NCBI GenBank assembly: GCA_965261135.1
Contig: OZ253443.1
Span: forward strand, 2,300,391-2,364,390
DNA: 64,000 nt
Source of the DNA: Acidimicrobiia bacterium
GTDB lineage: Bacteria > Actinomycetota > Acidimicrobiia > Spongiisociales > ZC4RG35
Reading direction: 5' to 3'
Part shown: positions 1 through 8,992 of the stretch, one piece after another
How positions within the stretch are numbered: the first letter of the stretch is position 1
Layout of the letters: every line of letters starts with the position of its first letter
Notes under the pieces: model-generated
Told to the model about the DNA's origin: nothing
Databases searched by the model: none
Seen by the model: only the letters and a program-made list of their open reading frames with translations
Program-made: the position numbers and the translations under genes

Positions 1-799
1 GCACCATCTCCGGCCCGTGGCGCCCCAGACAGAAGGCCTGCACATCCCGGGGTGACACCCCGGCCTCGCGGGCCAAGAAGTAGCGGAACCGACTGGAATC
101 GAGCGTCCCGGCCATCCCCAGCACCTGCTTACGCCCGAATCCCGAAGCAGAGAGCGCCTCGTGGGTCATCTCATCCAGCGGATTGGTCACCACCACAATC
201 ACTGCGTCGGGGGCATGAGCCGCCACCTCCTCGGCCACCGAGCGGACCACCCTCCCGTTGATGGCTATCAACCCAGCCCGGTCCATCCCCGGGGAGCGGG
301 GACGGCCGGCGGTGATCACCACCACCTCGGCGTCGGTGAGCAATCCTGCTTCCGATCCGCCCCGCACCGCGGTCGTGGAGCCGGTTATCCCCGAGGCATG
401 CTCCACATCGAGGGCCACCGAGGCTGCCAGTCCGGAAACCACGTCCACCATGGTGATCTCGGTGGCCATGTCGGCGGACGCCGCCAGGTGCGCCACCGTG
501 GTTCCGACGTTTCCTGCTCCCACCACCGCCAGACGGCCGAACCGGCGGGGATGCGTCCCCATCGGAGGATCGGGGGCCATCCAACGCGGGGCGCTGCGGT
601 ACAGCACCCGCCGGACGGCGGTGGCCGGGTCGGCGGCCCGAGGCTCGGGGACGGGAAGCGGACCCTCCACCAGTTCCAGGCCGAGCGCACCGATCACCTC
701 CCTGGCCTGGGGGGTTAGGATGTCTCCGGGGAGATAAACGATTTGACGGCGGCCCTTCGCCTTTTCCTCCCGGACCAGGGACTCGCCAATGACTCTCAT
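1..799 (-). CDS. Malate/lactate dehydrogenase family protein with an extra N-terminal domain of about 85 aa; partial, runs off the left edge; absent from the ORF track
   Basis: Manual translation from ATG at 799: MRVIGESLVREEKAKGRRQIVYLPGDILTPQAREVIGALGLELVE...LAVVGAGNVG...VITAGRPRSPGMDR...VVTNPLD...GMAGTLDSSRFR...LGRHG. These are the MDH/LDH Rossmann and catalytic motifs; the frame is open to position 2. Confidence 0.9.
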   Translation of the reverse strand, partial: MRVIGESLVREEKAKGRRQIVYLPGDILTPQAREVIGALGLELVEGPLPVPEPRAADPATAVRRVLYRSAPRWMAPDPPMGTHPRRFGRLAVVGAGNVGTTVAHLAASADMATEITMVDVVSGLAASVALDVEHASGITGSTTAVRGGSEAGLLTDAEVVVITAGRPRSPGMDRAGLIAINGRVVRSVAEEVAAHAPDAVIVVVTNPLDEMTHEALSASGFGRKQVLGMAGTLDSSRFRYFLAREAGVSPRDVQAFCLGRHGPEMV

Positions 800-807
800 G
801 GTTGCGG

Positions 808-1431
808 CTAGCGGCCCTCCACCGCCTCGACCGCCTCCACCGCCGCCTCCAAAGCGGTGGCCACGTTCTCCTCTGATCCGCTGATGAACAGCCTCCCATA
901 GCGCCCTACCGCTTGCACCTGGACCATGCTGATCAGGGCAGCCTTCTCCGCGGAATTGGCCCCAATGGCAATGTAGGCGGCCGGGGCGCATTCCACGATG
1001 CCCAGAGTCTCCCCCGGAACCACCAGGCTGCCCCGCCGCCATTTGTTGAGAAGCTGCGCCTGGTAGGGCTCCACCGAATTGATGCGCTGGATGCTCTCGA
1101 TTCTGGGCTTGATGCGGTCATAGAGGGACCTGCCCAGATGCTCCAGGATGGCCTCCCGGGCGACGGTTACTTCCGAGGGGATAGGCGAGCGGAGAATAAA
1201 GAACCCGAACTCCCGCTCCACGATCTGGGTGGTGGCCTCCACGGTGGCGGCCTTGAGGCCGATGTCCACCAGCCGGAACACCTCGTTTCCCGGCGCCAGC
1301 TCGGCCACCAGCACCGAGTCCCCGGCGAGGGGGATCGAACCCTGCACGGTGGCCCCGTTGTAGGCGGCGAACTTGGGCTGCAGGCCGTCCAGTTGGAAGA
1401 ACGCCCGGATGGTCAGGGAGTTTTCGGTCAT
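808..1431 (-). CDS. BMC tandem-domain shell protein (BMC-T, double-stacking CcmP/CsoS1D-like)
   Basis: LDGLQPKFAAY...ELAPGNEVFRLVDIGLKA...QIVEREFG and PGETLGIVECAPAAY...ANSAEKAA...GRYGRLFISG match the BMC-Tdp pattern; ATGA overlap with the aldehyde dehydrogenase stop. Confidence 0.9.
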   Translation of the reverse strand: MTENSLTIRAFFQLDGLQPKFAAYNGATVQGSIPLAGDSVLVAELAPGNEVFRLVDIGLKAATVEATTQIVEREFGFFILRSPIPSEVTVAREAILEHLGRSLYDRIKPRIESIQRINSVEPYQAQLLNKWRRGSLVVPGETLGIVECAPAAYIAIGANSAEKAALISMVQVQAVGRYGRLFISGSEENVATALEAAVEAVEAVEGR

Positions 1432-2813
1432 CCGGATCTGCCCAATTCATCCCACAGGTCGCGCCAGGGACGGTTCTGATAGGCGATCCGCTTGATGTTG
1501 ATCAGATGCAGGGCGGTGATGTTGTCCGAGGATATCGAGCCCGACCAGGTGCCGGTGCCCAGCATGAAGCTCGGCTCCAGGTCCACCGAATACCCCATTC
1601 CCCCATAGAGGCAGGGAGTGTTCACCAGTATGCGCCCGGCGGGCAGCTTTCCGAACTCCGCCACATCGTCGGGATCGTGGGAATGAACCGCCAGAGTGTG
1701 ACCGAGCCCGCCGAAGTTGAGCACCTCTTCGCAACGCCGGTAGCCGGCCGCCCGATCGGCCGCCTCATAGAAGGCCAGCACCGGATTGAGCTTCTCGTGG
1801 GATAGGGGATGCTCTCGGCCGACCGCCTCCAGTTCGGCCAGGAGCACCCGGGTTCGGGGCGGAGTGTCGAAGCCGGCCAACTCGGCCAGTCGGACGGCCG
1901 ACTGGCCCACGGTAGAGGGGATGATGCTTCCGCGCTGTCCGAAGATCACTTTGCCCAGCCGCTCCGCCTCCCTCGGGGTGCAGAAATAGCCACCGGCCAG
2001 ACGCAGTTCGTTGCGCAGGGCCCGGGATATGTCCCGATGAGCGACTATCGCCTGCTCGGCAACGCAGGCGGTGCCGTAGTCGAAAGACTTGGAGTTAATG
2101 ATCTGCTCGGCCACCTCGTCCAACTCGTTGACCATGGAGGGGCCCACATAGACAGGGACGTTGCCCGGCCCCACCGCCAGGGTGGGCTTTCCCGAGGAGT
2201 AGGCGGCTCTCACCATGGCGGTGCCCCCTGTGGCCATCACCACCGAGGTCTGCCTATGGCGCATCAACTCCCCGCTTCCCTCCAGGGTCACCTCGGAGAG
2301 ACAACCGATCAAACCCTTGGGCGCCCCGGCCGCCTCGGCCGCCTCGGCCATGATGCGAGCAGTCTCCGCGCAGCACCGCACGGCGCGGGGATGGGGGGAG
2401 CACACCACCGCATTGCCGGATTTGACCGCCGAGAGCACCTTGAAAATCACCGTCGAAGTGGGGTTGGTGACCGGAATCAGAGCGGCCACCACTCCCATCG
2501 GCTCGCCCACCGCCATTACCTTGGTGGTTTGGTCATGCCACAGCACCCCCACACACCGGACATTGCGCAGCCATTCCCACACCCCCAGGGCATTGAAAAG
2601 GTTCTTGTACATCTTGTCCTCGGCGTTTCCGTACTGGGTCTCGATGGCGGCCATCTCCCCCAGACGGCCGCATTCGGGCTCGATGGCCACCACCATCGCC
2701 TCCACTATCCGGTCGATGGTCTCCTGGGAGGCGCCCCGGAATTTCTCGAAGGCGGCCCGGGCGGCGGTCACCGCCTGACGAGCCTGGGAGATGCTGCGAA
2801 GATCCGCGTCCAT
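1428..2813 (-). CDS. CoA-acylating aldehyde dehydrogenase (EutE/PduP/AdhE N-domain family)
   Basis: IPVTNPTST, SPHPRA, ATGGTAMVRAAYSSGKP, GPGNVP, SKSFDYGTACVAEQ (catalytic Cys), EKLNPVL, GTGTWSGSISSDN. Confidence 0.93.
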   Translation of the reverse strand: MDADLRSISQARQAVTAARAAFEKFRGASQETIDRIVEAMVVAIEPECGRLGEMAAIETQYGNAEDKMYKNLFNALGVWEWLRNVRCVGVLWHDQTTKVMAVGEPMGVVAALIPVTNPTSTVIFKVLSAVKSGNAVVCSPHPRAVRCCAETARIMAEAAEAAGAPKGLIGCLSEVTLEGSGELMRHRQTSVVMATGGTAMVRAAYSSGKPTLAVGPGNVPVYVGPSMVNELDEVAEQIINSKSFDYGTACVAEQAIVAHRDISRALRNELRLAGGYFCTPREAERLGKVIFGQRGSIIPSTVGQSAVRLAELAGFDTPPRTRVLLAELEAVGREHPLSHEKLNPVLAFYEAADRAAGYRRCEEVLNFGGLGHTLAVHSHDPDDVAEFGKLPAGRILVNTPCLYGGMGYSVDLEPSFMLGTGTWSGSISSDNITALHLINIKRIAYQNRPWRDLWDELGRSG

Positions 2814-2816
2814 GAC

Positions 2817-3947
2817 CTATCCTGCCCTTCCCACCGCCCGACGCACCGCGTCGAGATCGGCGTCTGCCCATCCCAGAGCCTCCAGGCGACGGCCCTCCGC
2901 CCACAGGTCGCGCCCGCACATGGCCGACACCACCGTCACCACCGATGAGGTAACCGGGACCGCAACCGAGGCCAAGGCCGCGGCCGAGCAGAGAGCCACC
3001 AGCGAGCCGGCCGTCCCATCCAACACCGAACAGGAGAGCCCTTCCCCATCGGACCTCGACGCCAAATCATCGACGGGAGCAAGGGGGGCGCGCACACCCC
3101 AGCGGGCGGCCACCGCCGCTCTTTCTTCCCCAAGCGCCTCCAAGAGGGATTCCATCTGCGGAGAGGGAACCGCCGGGTGGGGAAGGGGAGTGGCGCCGGG
3201 CAGTAGTTCTCTGGGCGTTTGGCGGGTGATGGGACCGTCCAGTATCCCCGCGGGGACCACCGACCAGGAACTCTCCGTGAGACTGGTGTGCAGCACGGTC
3301 GGCAACAGTTTCATGGCCGGGAAGTAGGCGGCCAAAGACTCCCTTACGCTTTGACCCCGATCGGCCGGGTAGGCGGCCAGGGCTGCGTCGGGAGTGGATT
3401 CTGCCCATTGCAACCGTCCGGTTCCCGCGGCCGCCACCGAAAAGGGGCAAGCCTGTAACTCGATCAGGGTTATCCCCTCAGATGTCCCGCCCGCCCGGAG
3501 CCACCAGGCCATCTCCAAGGCGCCGAAAGTTCGACCCGGTGAGATCGCCACCGTCTGTCCCTCGTCCAGCAACCCCGCCAAACGCATTCCCACCGCCCGT
3601 TGGTCGGTGAGTGATCCCACCACTACTACCAGATCCGCGCCCGCCACGGCTTGGTCGATCCAGGGAACGGGGCGGATGGCGTGCTCGGCGTCGGGGTCCA
3701 CCCGGTAGTTTCCCACCGGACCCCCACCGCGTACCGAAATGCCGGAGGCGGCCACCCGGGCGGCCTCTTCCCCTCTGGCCACCCACCAGCGAACCTGGGC
3801 GCCCCCGGCCAAGAATCCGGCTGCAAAAGCCCACGCCTGAGGACCTGATCCCAACACCGTCACCTCGCCCCAATGGGGGGCGGGAACCTGATGTTGGGAA
3901 GTAGCTTCGCTCAGGGCGGCGACGACTGCCTCGAAGTCAGACAACAC
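2817..3947 (-). CDS. NAD/NADP octopine/nopaline (opine) dehydrogenase-like protein, divergent
   Basis: N-terminal Rossmann VLGSGPQA, ISPGRTFGALE, and C-terminal PVTSSVVTVVSAMCGRDLWAEGRRLEALG typical of the family; located inside the BMC operon. Confidence 0.7.
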   Translation of the reverse strand: MLSDFEAVVAALSEATSQHQVPAPHWGEVTVLGSGPQAWAFAAGFLAGGAQVRWWVARGEEAARVAASGISVRGGGPVGNYRVDPDAEHAIRPVPWIDQAVAGADLVVVVGSLTDQRAVGMRLAGLLDEGQTVAISPGRTFGALEMAWWLRAGGTSEGITLIELQACPFSVAAAGTGRLQWAESTPDAALAAYPADRGQSVRESLAAYFPAMKLLPTVLHTSLTESSWSVVPAGILDGPITRQTPRELLPGATPLPHPAVPSPQMESLLEALGEERAAVAARWGVRAPLAPVDDLASRSDGEGLSCSVLDGTAGSLVALCSAAALASVAVPVTSSVVTVVSAMCGRDLWAEGRRLEALGWADADLDAVRRAVGRAG

Positions 3948-3964
3948 TCAATGCCGATTGCGGT

Positions 3965-4249
3965 CTAGGACCTTCCGCCGAGTTGTGGGAGCATTTCGAG
4001 CCCGGCATCGGGGCGGGCGATGACATGCACCGAGACCACCTCGCCTACCTTGTTGGCGGCGACGGCGCCTGCGTCGGTGGCGGCTTTGACGGCGCCCACT
4101 TCTCCTCGAACGAAGACCGATACCAGGCCTCCTCCGATTTTTTCCATCGCCACCAAATCAACGTTGGCGGACTTCAACATGGCGTCAGCCGCTTCCATCG
4201 AGGCAACCATACCCCGTGTCTCGACCATGCCTAAAGCAATTTTGTCCAA
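3965..4249 (-). CDS. BMC hexamer shell protein (BMC-H, EutM/PduA-like)
   Basis: ALGMVETRG...[12 protein letters not shown]...[14 protein letters not shown]...VHVIARP. Confidence 0.97.
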   Translation of the reverse strand: MDKIALGMVETRGMVASMEAADAMLKSANVDLVAMEKIGGGLVSVFVRGEVGAVKAATDAGAVAANKVGEVVSVHVIARPDAGLEMLPQLGGRS

Positions 4250-4313
4250 GTCTCTCTCCTTAGTGTTCGGCTGTTGGCAGGACCACTGCGGATCCCGGTT
4301 TCGGTCTTTTCAT

Positions 4314-4574
4314 TTACTTGGGAATCTGTACCTCGTCAACGATCAACACTGCCGCCGCATCGGTGGGAAGGCCCCGGAGGGAGACGGCCTGTCGGGCCGC
4401 CGAGCCCTCGACCACGAGGACCAGTTCTCCGACCCCCGCTCCCACCGCGTCGGACACCACCGTCTGCGTCCCGCTTTCGTCACCGACCTGGGTAACCACC
4501 AGCAGGGTCACTCCCTGCAGCCCGGGATCCTTGATGGTCCCGGTTACCTTGCCCTTGACCCTGCAAAGGCGCAT
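4314..4574 (-). CDS. BMC pentamer vertex protein (BMC-P, EutN/CcmL family)
   Basis: MRLCRVKGKVTGTIKD...DAVGAGVGELVLVVEGSAAR...PTDAAAVLIVD. Confidence 0.95.
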   Translation of the reverse strand: MRLCRVKGKVTGTIKDPGLQGVTLLVVTQVGDESGTQTVVSDAVGAGVGELVLVVEGSAARQAVSLRGLPTDAAAVLIVDEVQIPK

Positions 4575-4577
4575 ATC

Positions 4578-5888
4578 TCAGATAGCTTCCAGGTAACGGT
4601 CCCGCTCAAGCTGGGTTACCGTGTCGCGCCAACCCTCGGGGTCGGATTCCACCATGAAGTTGTGCTCCCGCTCGGCCTGCTGGGCCAAGGTGATGCGCAG
4701 CGGCTCGGAAAGAACCTCTGCGATCAACTCGGATTTACCGAACAGCTCCAAGGCGGTGGGGATATCGGTGGGAAGCGGCTGGTGGCGGGCAGCCGAATAA
4801 CCGTCGCTGAGCTCTTTTTCGGTGGGTTGGGCGCCGGTGGTTATCCCCTTCAGGCCGGCGGCGAGTTGCACGGCGGTCAGCAGATAGGGGTTGGCGTCCG
4901 AGGACCCGTCCCGCTGCTCAATGCGCACCGCATTCTCGCTCCCCTCGATCACCCTCAGCCCCACCGTCCGGTTGTCCCCACCCCAGGCGTTGCTGGTGGG
5001 ACAGAAGGTGTATCCCTGGCGACGTTTCATGGAGTTGGGGGTGGGCGCGGAAATCAGCGCGGTCTCCGCCATGTGCTGCTGCAGACCTCCCAGATAGGAG
5101 AGCCCCAGCGCCGAGAGTCGACCCCCGTCGGAAAAGGCATTCCTTCCGTCCCTCCACAACGACTGGTGGAGATGAAAACTGTTGCCGGACTCCTCGAAAA
5201 ACGGCTTGGCCATGAAGGAAGCCAGCATCCCGTGGTTGTAGGCGATCTCTTTGACGGCGTTGCGGAACAGCATGGCGTTGTCGGCCGAGACAAGGGCCTC
5301 TCTGTAGCGGAGATTGATCTCGATCTGCCCGGGAGCATATTCGGGGTTGGACATCTCCACCTGGATGCCCATTTCGCTGCAGAGATTGCGGATCGGCCCC
5401 ACCACATGCTCGAACATCGACCCCCGCGCCAGCCCGTAGACCGAGATTCCCGAATCCACCAACTCCTTGGTCTCCAGGTCGAGCAGGTAGAACTCGAACT
5501 CCACCCCGGTCATGACCTCGTAGCCCAACTCGGCGGCCTCGGCGAGCTGCTCCACCAACACGTTGCGGGGATCACAGCACACCGGACTGCCGTCCATCTC
5601 CTCGGCCCGCCCCAACACCAGCACCACCCCTTCTTCCCAGGGGACCGGCCTCATGGTCTCGAGCATGGGGATGACGTGGAAATCGGCGTAGCCGTTGGCG
5701 AAATTGGCATAGGGGGTGTCCCAGATGTCGTTGGTCATGTCCATCTGGAAGATGGCATTACACATGCCCACCCCGTGCAGAAACTCATCCCACACCCCAG
5801 CCTGAACCCGCTTGCCTCGGGCGATGCCATTCAGGTCTCCCAGAGCCAAAACCACCGTGTGAGTGCCTTCCGGCAACGATCGCGACAC
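4578..5888 (-). CDS. Glutamine-synthetase-like protein (probable gamma-glutamyl-amine ligase)
   Basis: DLNGIARGK, GVEFEFYL, EYAPGQIEINL, FMAKPF...SGNSFHLHQSLW, WGGDNRT, RIEQRDGSSDANPYL. Confidence 0.88.
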   Translation of the reverse strand: MSRSLPEGTHTVVLALGDLNGIARGKRVQAGVWDEFLHGVGMCNAIFQMDMTNDIWDTPYANFANGYADFHVIPMLETMRPVPWEEGVVLVLGRAEEMDGSPVCCDPRNVLVEQLAEAAELGYEVMTGVEFEFYLLDLETKELVDSGISVYGLARGSMFEHVVGPIRNLCSEMGIQVEMSNPEYAPGQIEINLRYREALVSADNAMLFRNAVKEIAYNHGMLASFMAKPFFEESGNSFHLHQSLWRDGRNAFSDGGRLSALGLSYLGGLQQHMAETALISAPTPNSMKRRQGYTFCPTSNAWGGDNRTVGLRVIEGSENAVRIEQRDGSSDANPYLLTAVQLAAGLKGITTGAQPTEKELSDGYSAARHQPLPTDIPTALELFGKSELIAEVLSEPLRITLAQQAEREHNFMVESDPEGWRDTVTQLERDRYLEAI

Positions 5889-6019
5889 GCAATGCTCCTC
5901 TCTCTACCGTCTTTGGTCTTTCAGTCTGTTTTAGTGCTTTCTACCTGTTATCCCAAGCAGGACGGCCGGTATACCATCATAGTGGAAGATACCTCAACCA
6001 GAGGCTGGAGAAACGGCTT

Positions 6020-7162
6020 TTGAGCAGACCCCTCGAAGCGGTAGTGGTGGGCGCCGGGATCGCCGGCGCCATGACCGCCCTGTACCTGCGCCGGGCCGGG
6101 CTCTCGGTGAAGTTGGTCGACGCCTGGGACCCGGGTCACGCCCGAGCCGCCTCCGCCGGCACCCATCGCCTGATCCGCTCCACGCACGGAACCGATGAGC
6201 TCTATACCTTGTGGAGCCGGGAGGCCCGCTTGCGGTGGATGGAGATGTCCCGGGAGATGGGGCAACGTTTCTACTACGAGTCGGGCGTGGTGATCCTGGC
6301 CGCGGAGGGCCACTCCGAATGGGAGGACGCCACCCAGATCACTCTTTCCCGGCTGGGGATACCCTTTTTTGTCGTTCCCCCCGGCGAACTCCCCATTCGG
6401 CTGCCGGTGGTGAACCCCCAGGGGATCGCCTACGGACTGTGGGAGCCCGAGGCCGGCTTCATATTATCCAAGGATGCGCTGGTGGCGACGGTGGCGCTGT
6501 TCCGCTCCGAGGGAGGAGAGGTGATCAGGGCCAGGGTGGAGACCGACGAGAACGAACGTCCGCTTCTCGGTGGAAAGCCCATCCGGTCCGATCTGGTGGT
6601 AATGGCCTGCGGGGCGTGGATGGGCGGACTCTTTCCCCGCACCCTGGGCAGGCTCTTGGACATTGTCCGCCAGGATGTGATCCTGGTCTCCCCGTCCGCC
6701 GGGGATACCCGCTATGACTGGGAGCACATGCCGGGTTGGATCGATCACGGCTATCCCGCCTATGGCGTTCCTGCCGTCGGTGGCCACGGGTTCAAGGCTG
6801 CTTTTGCCTGGCATCACGGTGCGATGGACATCGACCGATCCGACCGGGTGACCGACCCCTCGACAGTGGCGCGCTGTCGACGCTATCTGGCCACCCGCTT
6901 TCCGGATCTGGCCGACTCGGTGATCACCGATCAGAAGGTGTGCCAAATCGTCAATACCCCCGACCGCCACTTCATCATCGACCGTCACCCCAACCACGAG
7001 AACATAGTGCTGGTGACGGGAGGATCGGGACATCTCTACAAGCACGGGCCGGTGGTGGGCGAATATGTGACGGGCTTCGCCCTGGGCCGGCACGGAACGG
7101 ACCGACGCTTCCGACTGGACCATCCCCGCAACACCGCCTCCCCCGCCGATGACCCTCAGTAG
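6020..7162 (+). CDS. FAD-dependent oxidoreductase, monomeric sarcosine oxidase / N-methyltryptophan oxidase family
   Basis: VVVGAGIAG Rossmann motif, ASAGTHRLIR, TPDRHFIIDRHP, TGGSGHLYKHGPVVG. Confidence 0.85.
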   Translation: MSRPLEAVVVGAGIAGAMTALYLRRAGLSVKLVDAWDPGHARAASAGTHRLIRSTHGTDELYTLWSREARLRWMEMSREMGQRFYYESGVVILAAEGHSEWEDATQITLSRLGIPFFVVPPGELPIRLPVVNPQGIAYGLWEPEAGFILSKDALVATVALFRSEGGEVIRARVETDENERPLLGGKPIRSDLVVMACGAWMGGLFPRTLGRLLDIVRQDVILVSPSAGDTRYDWEHMPGWIDHGYPAYGVPAVGGHGFKAAFAWHHGAMDIDRSDRVTDPSTVARCRRYLATRFPDLADSVITDQKVCQIVNTPDRHFIIDRHPNHENIVLVTGGSGHLYKHGPVVGEYVTGFALGRHGTDRRFRLDHPRNTASPADDPQ

Positions 7163-7425
7163 CCGCTCCCGTTAGAAGGACCGGTCAAGGCTTGTGAGCC
7201 ACATAATTGTCACACCCCTGCTTTAGGCTGGAGTGTGTGAAAAGACTTTCTGGCTCGCGAAAAATACCAACCGGTAACCCCGAGACGGACAAAGGGAGAC
7301 AACTCCCTGTCTATCAGGAACAACAGAAGGGCTGAACCCACTTGTGACCCCGAGGCCCCGACTATTTAGCGTAGAGGACAACGGCTTTCACCAGACGTGC
7401 CCCCCAACCAGAAGGCCCCTCCCAT

Positions 7426-8847
7426 ATGGCGTATGACCGCTATGAGGAAGACGAATATCTAGACCAGCCTCCCTCGGGACCACGTAGAGGTCGAGTGGGG
7501 CGGGTGCCCCCTCATTCCCGGGAAGCGGAAGAATCGGTGCTGGGCGCCATCCTCTTGAGCAGGGACGCCACCAACAGGGTGATGGAGATGCTGGAGGTGG
7601 AGGACTTCTACGAGCCGGTCCACGGGTTGATGTTCGAGGCGGCCCGCCGGCTTTTCAACGAGAGCCGGGCCATCGACGTTCTCACCCTGGCCGAGGAGCT
7701 GCGACGCAGCGACTCCCTAGAGCGGATCGGTGGACATGAGCGGCTGGCGGACCTGAGCCAGAGCGTCCCCAACATCTCCCACGCCGACCGCTATGCCGCC
7801 ATCGTGGCAGAGCACTCCCAGCGGAGACGACTGATCGCGGTGAGCCAGCGGGTCACCGATCTGGCCATGAATCTCGACACAACAACAGAAGTGGTGGTCG
7901 ATCAGGCCGAGCGGATGATGCTGGAAGTCAACGACGATTCGGTCGAGGAAGGGCTTCAGCCCGTCAAAGACCTGATGAGAAGCGTCTTCGAGGGCATCGA
8001 GCTCCAGGGCGACCGGCTCCCGGGCCTCCCCACCGGGCTCACTGATCTCGACGAAAAGCTGATGGGTCTCAAGCCGGGAACCTTTGTGGTGGTGGCGGGA
8101 CGACCGTCCATGGGCAAATCGGCGTTCGCCCAGACCCTCGCCTCGCACACGGCCCAGGACGGCGGGGTGGTCGCCCTGTTCTCTTTGGAAATGTCGAAGG
8201 AGGAAGTGCTGACCCGCCTGCTTTCCATGGTGGGCGAGGTGAACTCGGCTCGCATTCGCGCAGGAGTGGCCAACAACCAGCAACTGTGGGACAGACTGTT
8301 GGAGGCGGGTGGCAAGATCCACGACTGGAAGCTATATCTGGATGACTCCCCGGAGCCGACCGTAACGGAGATCCGGGCAAAATGCCGCAGACTGCGTTAT
8401 GAGGAGGGACTCGACTTGGTGATCGTCGACTATCTGCAGTTGATGCCCTCCACGGGAGGCTCCTCGTCACGCAACCTCGATAACCGCCAACAGGAGATAG
8501 CCGAGGTATCACGCTCCCTGAAAGGCCTGGCCAGGGAGTTGGGAATCCCCGTGATCGGGATTTCCCAGCTCAACCGGGCGGTGGAACTTCGCAAGGACAA
8601 GCGTCCCATGCTTTCGGATCTGCGGGAATCCGGCGCCATCGAACAAGACGCCGACATCGTGCTGTTTCTCTACCGGGCCGAGTACTACAACGAGGACAAC
8701 AAGGCAGCCCACAATCTCGCCGAGGTTCTCATCGCCAAAAACCGCTCCGGGCCAACCGGAAAAGTGTTCACCACCTTCGCTAAGGAGTACACGCTCTTTC
8801 GCAACCACGCCGGTCCCGCCCCATCCGACGTTTACCAAGACTATTGA
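7426..8847 (+). CDS. dnaB: Replicative DNA helicase DnaB
   Basis: PPHSREAEESVLG, AGRPSMGKS (Walker A), FSLEMS, VIVDYLQLM, SQLNRAVE, PMLSDLRESGAIEQDAD, AKNRSGPTG. Confidence 0.98.
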   Translation: MAYDRYEEDEYLDQPPSGPRRGRVGRVPPHSREAEESVLGAILLSRDATNRVMEMLEVEDFYEPVHGLMFEAARRLFNESRAIDVLTLAEELRRSDSLERIGGHERLADLSQSVPNISHADRYAAIVAEHSQRRRLIAVSQRVTDLAMNLDTTTEVVVDQAERMMLEVNDDSVEEGLQPVKDLMRSVFEGIELQGDRLPGLPTGLTDLDEKLMGLKPGTFVVVAGRPSMGKSAFAQTLASHTAQDGGVVALFSLEMSKEEVLTRLLSMVGEVNSARIRAGVANNQQLWDRLLEAGGKIHDWKLYLDDSPEPTVTEIRAKCRRLRYEEGLDLVIVDYLQLMPSTGGSSSRNLDNRQQEIAEVSRSLKGLARELGIPVIGISQLNRAVELRKDKRPMLSDLRESGAIEQDADIVLFLYRAEYYNEDNKAAHNLAEVLIAKNRSGPTGKVFTTFAKEYTLFRNHAGPAPSDVYQDY

Positions 8848-8992
8848 CCCTCTCGGAGACCTTCCATCCCCTTGAGATCCTGAACCCATGGAACCCGTCG
8901 TGACGAAAGACCCTGCCGAGACCAGACTCCGGGGGCCGTCCGAGATAACGAAACCGCTGCCCGGATAACCGCTCGGTTACCCGGCGCTTTCG

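Noticed and set aside
4020-6023. 667-aa plus-strand ORF
   Set aside because: Antisense shadow of the BMC-H, BMC-P and GS-like genes; no motifs; typical of high-GC DNA.
7192-7215. TGTGA...TCACA upstream of dnaB as a CRP-like site
   Set aside because: The spacer is 12 nt rather than 6; unsupported.
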